NCBI GenBank assembly: GCA_963666485.2
Contig: CAXXUO010000001.1
Location: forward strand, 1,350,654 to 1,414,653
Source: Syntrophorhabdaceae bacterium
Lineage (GTDB): Bacteria > Desulfobacterota > Syntrophorhabdia > Syntrophorhabdales > Syntrophorhabdaceae
DNA length: 64,000 nucleotides
Reading direction: 5' to 3'
The notes under the pieces are model-generated. The model saw only the letters and a list, made by a program, of their open reading frames with translations, was not told the DNA's origin and did no database searches. This document shows positions 59,312-64,000 of the stretch, in pieces (positions within the stretch are counted from its first letter, which is position 1; the number at the start of each line of letters is the position of its first letter). Made by a program: the position numbers and the translations under genes.

Positions 59312-60244
59312 CTATATATCCCCCTCTATAATGCACCTCTCGTAACCGTTCGTCTCAAGCCACCAGAGCGCATGGTACTTACTGAGCATACTCGCGACGA
59401 ATTCCTCTGCGAGGAGGAACGTATCGAGAAAATAGACCGGGATATCCCACCGCTCCTGTACCGCCACAATGCTGCCGAGGACGGCATTGGGATGGGCCTG
59501 CGATTCCTGGTACGGCGTCTTCAGTGCACTCATGCTTCCCTCAATGACGATGCATCTCTTCTTGAACGCCGCGAGCTTCTCGCATTTCGCTATGAAGCTC
59601 TTCCTCTCCTGTATGATCGAGTTCACGAGGTCCGGGAGGGTCTTCCGCTCGACTGCCACCTCCTGCTCCAACCCGGACAACGTGTAATCCCCGGTAGGCA
59701 GTCTCCTGCGCACCGTCCCCGCGAACCAGTTGCTGAACCTCTTGAACGTGTACCCCATGTGCTCCGCCGAATCTATCACAACGACAGGTTTCGGCACCTT
59801 GACGGATTTCCCGCCCTGCCTGACCCTGAGGGCGGTCTTCGTCGGGGGCACGGGATAGAGGCACCCTGAATCGCCTTCAAACCAGAAGCGCGTGAACGTC
59901 CCCTTGTTGCATCGAGGGCACGTGACCTCGCCTTCCGGCAATACCAGCGAGATGCCATTCTTGCACGTATAGCACCTGGTCCTGAACCTGCCCGCCGCGC
60001 CCGGCCGGAGCCAGATATCATCGACCGTTTGCAGAGGCCGGACATACTCCACAATAATGTACGTCTTCTCCTTGTCGCAGACCGGGCAGTACACCTCCGC
60101 GACAAGCCCATGCACAGGCCGCGAAACCCCATCAACTGGTTCTCCGATGACCGCCCTTTTCCTCCCATCTCCATAATAAGGCCAGGGCCCACTCGTCTTC
60201 ACCCTGTACCCGCAGCAATTACACTCATATTCGTATCTGACCAT
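59312..60244 (-). CDS. ERCC4-domain nuclease with N-terminal zinc-ribbon region
   Basis: CNCC, CPVC, CYTC and CPRC pairs, then VIDSAEH, LPTGDYT, VAVERKTLPDL and IVIEGS. Confidence 0.85.
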   Translation of the reverse strand: MVRYEYECNCCGYRVKTSGPWPYYGDGRKRAVIGEPVDGVSRPVHGLVAEVYCPVCDKEKTYIIVEYVRPLQTVDDIWLRPGAAGRFRTRCYTCKNGISLVLPEGEVTCPRCNKGTFTRFWFEGDSGCLYPVPPTKTALRVRQGGKSVKVPKPVVVIDSAEHMGYTFKRFSNWFAGTVRRRLPTGDYTLSGLEQEVAVERKTLPDLVNSIIQERKSFIAKCEKLAAFKKRCIVIEGSMSALKTPYQESQAHPNAVLGSIVAVQERWDIPVYFLDTFLLAEEFVASMLSKYHALWWLETNGYERCIIEGDI

Positions 60245-60306
60245 AACCCCCGCCTCCCGTCACCCGGCATGCCCGGTCCAGCAAAACAGAAACAAAAAAA
60301 GCCTCT

Positions 60307-60607
60307 CTCTCGCCCGCTCGTTCCTCGCTCGAGCCCTCAGAGTTCGCGGAGAACTGCGGAGGCCGCGGGAACCCGGAGCCGACCAGGTTCCCGCGGCATC
60401 TTCGATCGCCTTACGGCGATAGGTAATACCTACCAGTTGCCGTCCAAAATGAATTACCGAGCAACTAGCACAATTTCGCTCCTCTTCTCTCGGCGAAGCC
60501 GACGGAAGTGCCGGCTGATCGTGGTCGGCTCCGCGATCAGCCGGCAAGGCCTTTTCTCCTCCGCCGTTCTCCGTGCCCTCCGCGTTCTCGAGCGAAGCGG
60601 GCGAGAG
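60307..60607 (-). repeat. ~300-bp palindrome-rich element, copy D
   Basis: Direct repeat of copy C. Confidence 0.88.
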
Positions 60608-60626
60608 AGGCCTTTTTTCTGCAGTC

Positions 60627-61475
60627 CTACATCTCTCCTTCAAGCTCCGTTGCTCCCCATTCCGAATGAATCCTGCTGTGCTCGATAAGGCGGCCCCCGG
60701 GCGTGATTTCGAGATAGACCCTCTCTCCCCCGTAGACCCGGCACATCCCCGCATCAATGTCGATCAGGCGCAGTCCGCGTGCCGACGCCACCGCGGCCTT
60801 GCCTGTCGGCGTGTGACCGAACACCTGCCTGATCGTAAACGCCTCTTCCGACCGGCTTATCGACGTCCAATCGCACCAGAATATGCCTCCCACAGGATCG
60901 CCACCGCCCCTGTCAGGGCCTACGTAAAAGATAGGGTGATTTTCGGCAAGATCATTCCCAACAGCACCCTTAAATATGTCGTTGATCCTGTCCGACAACC
61001 AGAACAGGTCGACGCCGCCAGCCCCGGCTCGTGCTTCCCCGCCAGCTATTGCGCTCCTGACGGCCGACCTCAACCCTGCGTGCGTGTACAACCTTTCCCC
61101 ATCGGTATAAGAAGCAGCCACATCGCCCCGCACGATCGCCTCTCTCAAATCATGGGCAAGCCCCTCGGGGCCATCAAAATTCACGTATCCATAATATCCC
61201 TGGAGCAGCATCAGTTCATGGTTCCCGCACAGCCGTACAACCCTGCCCCCGGCGATCACCGCCTCCTTTTGCAGCCTTTGGAGGTACCGGAACGACTCGA
61301 CGGATGCCGGTCCCCGGTCGATAACATCTCCCGTTTGAATCAGGTCATCATCTCCCCCCTTCCACGAGCCGTCTCCATCGATCAGCCCGGCGTTGCCAAG
61401 GACCTCGACCAGCCCCACCAGTTCCCCATGCACATCACCTACGACAACACGCCGTCTTCGTCCATCACTTACCAT
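60627..61475 (-). CDS. metallophosphoesterase (Shewanella-like phosphatase type)
   Basis: GDVHG, GDVIDRG, GNHE, HAG, GHT and IDAGM. Confidence 0.9.
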   Translation of the reverse strand: MVSDGRRRRVVVGDVHGELVGLVEVLGNAGLIDGDGSWKGGDDDLIQTGDVIDRGPASVESFRYLQRLQKEAVIAGGRVVRLCGNHELMLLQGYYGYVNFDGPEGLAHDLREAIVRGDVAASYTDGERLYTHAGLRSAVRSAIAGGEARAGAGGVDLFWLSDRINDIFKGAVGNDLAENHPIFYVGPDRGGGDPVGGIFWCDWTSISRSEEAFTIRQVFGHTPTGKAAVASARGLRLIDIDAGMCRVYGGERVYLEITPGGRLIEHSRIHSEWGATELEGEM

Positions 61476-61773
61476 ATCTCACCCTCGCCCCCCGGCAACT
61501 TATTCCCTCCCTTATCCGGCACCGCCCGCATCATCACATCGAACGTGCTCTGCACCTGTCTCTCCCTTCATCTTCCGATACGTGAGGAAGGCCTCCTGTC
61601 GCCCTTCTTCGCAGATTTTCCGTATGTATTCATTATACCTCAGGCCGGTGACAACCTATTGTCAGGGTAAAGATGTTCCCAAAAAGGTCGTCAAGGAGTA
61701 CGTGACAAAGGGATGATACTTTGGGACTTTTTTCAGAAACGAAAAGTAATACCACTATAAACAAGGAGGAACT

Positions 61774-62349
61774 ATGGTCCCTTATTTTGCCAACCGATAT
61801 TTCATCACCATAATGGCATTTTCTCTGCTGCTCATTTCGTGCGCACCAGCTTTTGCCGTCAAGAGGGAACGTGTTGTCCGGAGCGACGCGGAGTACCCCG
61901 CGACCCCGGAAGAGGTTCTCGAGGAATATGTCCGAAAAGATTCCCTCGGAGCACGGATCTCCAGTAACAGGTTCCCGGAGATCATGGATCTTTACACGTG
62001 GCAGGAAGCGGGGTTTGATGTCGCTATTATTATCACCGGATACAGCATAAAGCCATTGGGTATCGGACCGGATGAAGCGCACATCTCGGTAACATACCGG
62101 GAACTCGGCGAATTCCTTCCTTTCGAGTTCAGACCCGATAAGAAGGAAGTAACAGAAACCTTCATACTCAAAAAGGATGGAAACCGGTGGCGAATCACAG
62201 AACCTGAGATATTCCCGCACGTCTCACTCGATACGATGGTCTCGATGTTTGAACACTATACTGAAATTGATCCCCGCGACGATGACTTTGCCCGCATGCT
62301 TAAACAATTGAAAATTCTGAAAGAAAAGGAAGACAAACATGCCAACTAA
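61774..62349 (+). CDS. secreted hypothetical protein (candidate immunity protein)
   Basis: RBS aaggagga, signal peptide ending AFA, and TFILKKDGNRWRI. Overlaps the next gene by 11 nt. Confidence 0.65.
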   Translation: MVPYFANRYFITIMAFSLLLISCAPAFAVKRERVVRSDAEYPATPEEVLEEYVRKDSLGARISSNRFPEIMDLYTWQEAGFDVAIIITGYSIKPLGIGPDEAHISVTYRELGEFLPFEFRPDKKEVTETFILKKDGNRWRITEPEIFPHVSLDTMVSMFEHYTEIDPRDDDFARMLKQLKILKEKEDKHAN

Positions 62350-62932
62350 CTTGCTTGATGTCGCAACGAAAATTTATAAATCCACCGAATACGGATACGA
62401 GCCAGGGGGGAACGGCACGAGAGACATGAACGGTGACGGCCTCAAAGACATAGACTGCTCAGGCATGGTTTCGTCCGTTCTGCGGGCCGCCGGCTATGAA
62501 TTTCCTCAACGCGACAGATTTAGCACCGACTGGCTGAGATCCAGGAAAGCTGAAGACTATTTCGAAGTAATCGACAAGAACAACGTTCAACCCGGAGACA
62601 TCATTGTCTGGGGTCCGCGAAAAGGCCAGAAATACGGTCACACCGGTTTTGTTGACGAATACGATGCCAGGTCAAACAGGGGAACACTCTATGGTTCAAA
62701 CAGCAACACAGAGGGGCCTGAATACATGGATATTCCACTGGACCGACTCAATACGAAGCCGGAAAACGGCGGTGTCAAATTCTTGCGCCCGAAAAAGGCC
62801 TATCAGATGAACTATTACCCGGGTCCGTTCAGCGAGTCGGATAAGGATCCTGTGCACGTCGCCAGCGCATCTCCCGACGCGCTCCAGCTCGACAACGACG
62901 ACTACTATTTCTCGCCGGGAATGGGAATGTAG
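62339..62932 (+). CDS. NlpC/P60 family peptidoglycan hydrolase without signal peptide
   Basis: IDCSGMV, VQPGDIIVW and YGHTGFV (Cys-His dyad). Confidence 0.82.
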   Translation: MPTNLLDVATKIYKSTEYGYEPGGNGTRDMNGDGLKDIDCSGMVSSVLRAAGYEFPQRDRFSTDWLRSRKAEDYFEVIDKNNVQPGDIIVWGPRKGQKYGHTGFVDEYDARSNRGTLYGSNSNTEGPEYMDIPLDRLNTKPENGGVKFLRPKKAYQMNYYPGPFSESDKDPVHVASASPDALQLDNDDYYFSPGMGM

Positions 62933-63000
62933 AAATCCGTCTGGGCTTAATGAGGCATATCAATATTCACCACCGAAAAAAATCTATTTATAACCTTTTT

Positions 63001-63035
63001 ATTGCACTTTAACATTATATATGTTAATGTGCAAT
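63001..63035. promoter_or_regulatory. palindromic operator upstream of the terminal gene
   Basis: attgcac-t-ttaacat-tatat-atgttaa-t-gtgcaat inverted repeat. Confidence 0.55.
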
Positions 63036-63062
63036 TTACATGTTACTAATGTAGGAGAATCA

Positions 63063-64000
63063 GTGAAAAAAATTATCGAGGCTTTTGAGGCTTACATTCA
63101 GGAGGTCCTTGGGATCATTGCCAGGCCAAGGCCAAGGCCTAAAACGGAGGAATTGCCCTTCTATCTTCGAAATTTGTATGAATTTTACGAGGTTGATCTT
63201 TTGAATATGCCGTACGTACTTATGATTGACAAGGGTGGTGAAGAATTAACGCCTGCTGTGATAGGCAAGCATATGGCGAATGTCAGACAGTCATGGGACG
63301 GGCGAGGCGTGTATGTGACGTCTGCCATCACCGCGTACAACCGGAAGCGTTTGATCGAGCAACGGGTTCCCTTCGTTGTTCCCGGTAACCAAATGTATCT
63401 GCCGGAACTTGGCATTGACCTGCGGGAATATTTCCGCACGGTTCGCAGCGCCCAGAACTTATTGAGTCCCGCAACCCAGGCAATAGTGATCTATTTATTG
63501 TTGACGGCGGTCCACGAGAGGTTCACGGCCACAACTTTGTCGGAAATACTTGGCTATACGGTCATGACGATGACCCGGTCGCTGGGCGAACTGGAAGCGG
63601 TCTCGCTGGTTGAAGTGGACCGTACCGGAAGACAGAAGTGGCTATCCTACTCAAATGACAAGCGTGGGCTATGGGCAAAGGCCCGACCCTTAATGCGAAG
63701 TCCGGTGAAGAGACGCACGTGGTTGAAGGAGGATATGGTGAACAGTGAGAAGACTGTCAAGGCAGGTCTGACTGCCCTGTCACAGTATTCCATGCTCGAT
63801 CATATTTCCCCCCGGGTCTATGCGATCAGTACCGGGGATTGGAAGGAACTGGAAAGCGCAGGCGTCGAAGAATTTCCTTTCCCCGAAAAAGACAGTTGCG
63901 AGATTGAAGTATGGCACTACAACCCCCGCCTTTTTTCGGTAAACGGCCTTGCTGATCCGTTCTCGGTCTATCTGAGCTTGCACAGCAATAAGGATGAGCG
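63063..64000 (+). CDS. AbiEi/MarR-like HTH protein of mobile-element type, 3'-truncated by window edge
   Basis: GTG start after RBS aggaga, and frame open to the end. NRKRLIEQRVPFVVPGNQMYLP.LG, LSPATQ, AGLTALSQYSML, IEVWHYNP and DPFSVYLSL. Confidence 0.7.
   Translation, partial: MKKIIEAFEAYIQEVLGIIARPRPRPKTEELPFYLRNLYEFYEVDLLNMPYVLMIDKGGEELTPAVIGKHMANVRQSWDGRGVYVTSAITAYNRKRLIEQRVPFVVPGNQMYLPELGIDLREYFRTVRSAQNLLSPATQAIVIYLLLTAVHERFTATTLSEILGYTVMTMTRSLGELEAVSLVEVDRTGRQKWLSYSNDKRGLWAKARPLMRSPVKRRTWLKEDMVNSEKTVKAGLTALSQYSMLDHISPRVYAISTGDWKELESAGVEEFPFPEKDSCEIEVWHYNPRLFSVNGLADPFSVYLSLHSNKDE

Overview
64-kb bacterial window from an anaerobe, probably a syntrophic Desulfobacterota/deltaproteobacterium (inferred from gene content only). 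1-36.3 kb is mostly core genome. It holds a trimeric-type [FeFe]-hydrogenase operon whose HydB subunit is fused to a GltD/NfnB-like module, aspA-hydF-hydG, eno, corA, an 11-heme cytochrome plus a CbcL-like 9-heme/cytochrome b protein, an rsmD-coaD-nfeD-stomatin-DacA-coaBC-HtrA cluster, purB, a class II photolyase, a frameshifted MenK-like radical SAM gene and a REC-HD-GYP protein. tRNA-Sec (selC) lies at 36749-36843. It is followed by a roughly 10-13 kb accessory array with no integrase in the window, cut into segments by at least four further copies of selC 3'-half or anticodon-arm sequence. Three junctions also carry an INVERTED copy of the selC 5' half and tandem TTGTGCCT-like boxes. The segments carry mostly small secreted proteins, several cysteine-rich, including one with a knottin-type C-C-CC-C-C spacing. 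This selC-anchored cassette array is the best candidate for an undescribed system. A second candidate is a family of about 300-335 bp highly palindromic elements (5 copies) that bracket a GxxExxY gene and an ERCC4 nuclease gene at 58.4-60.6 kb. The window ends with a probable immunity/NlpC-P60 effector pair and a truncated AbiEi/MarR-like gene. All calls come from reading the sequence and recalling motifs; no database search was run.
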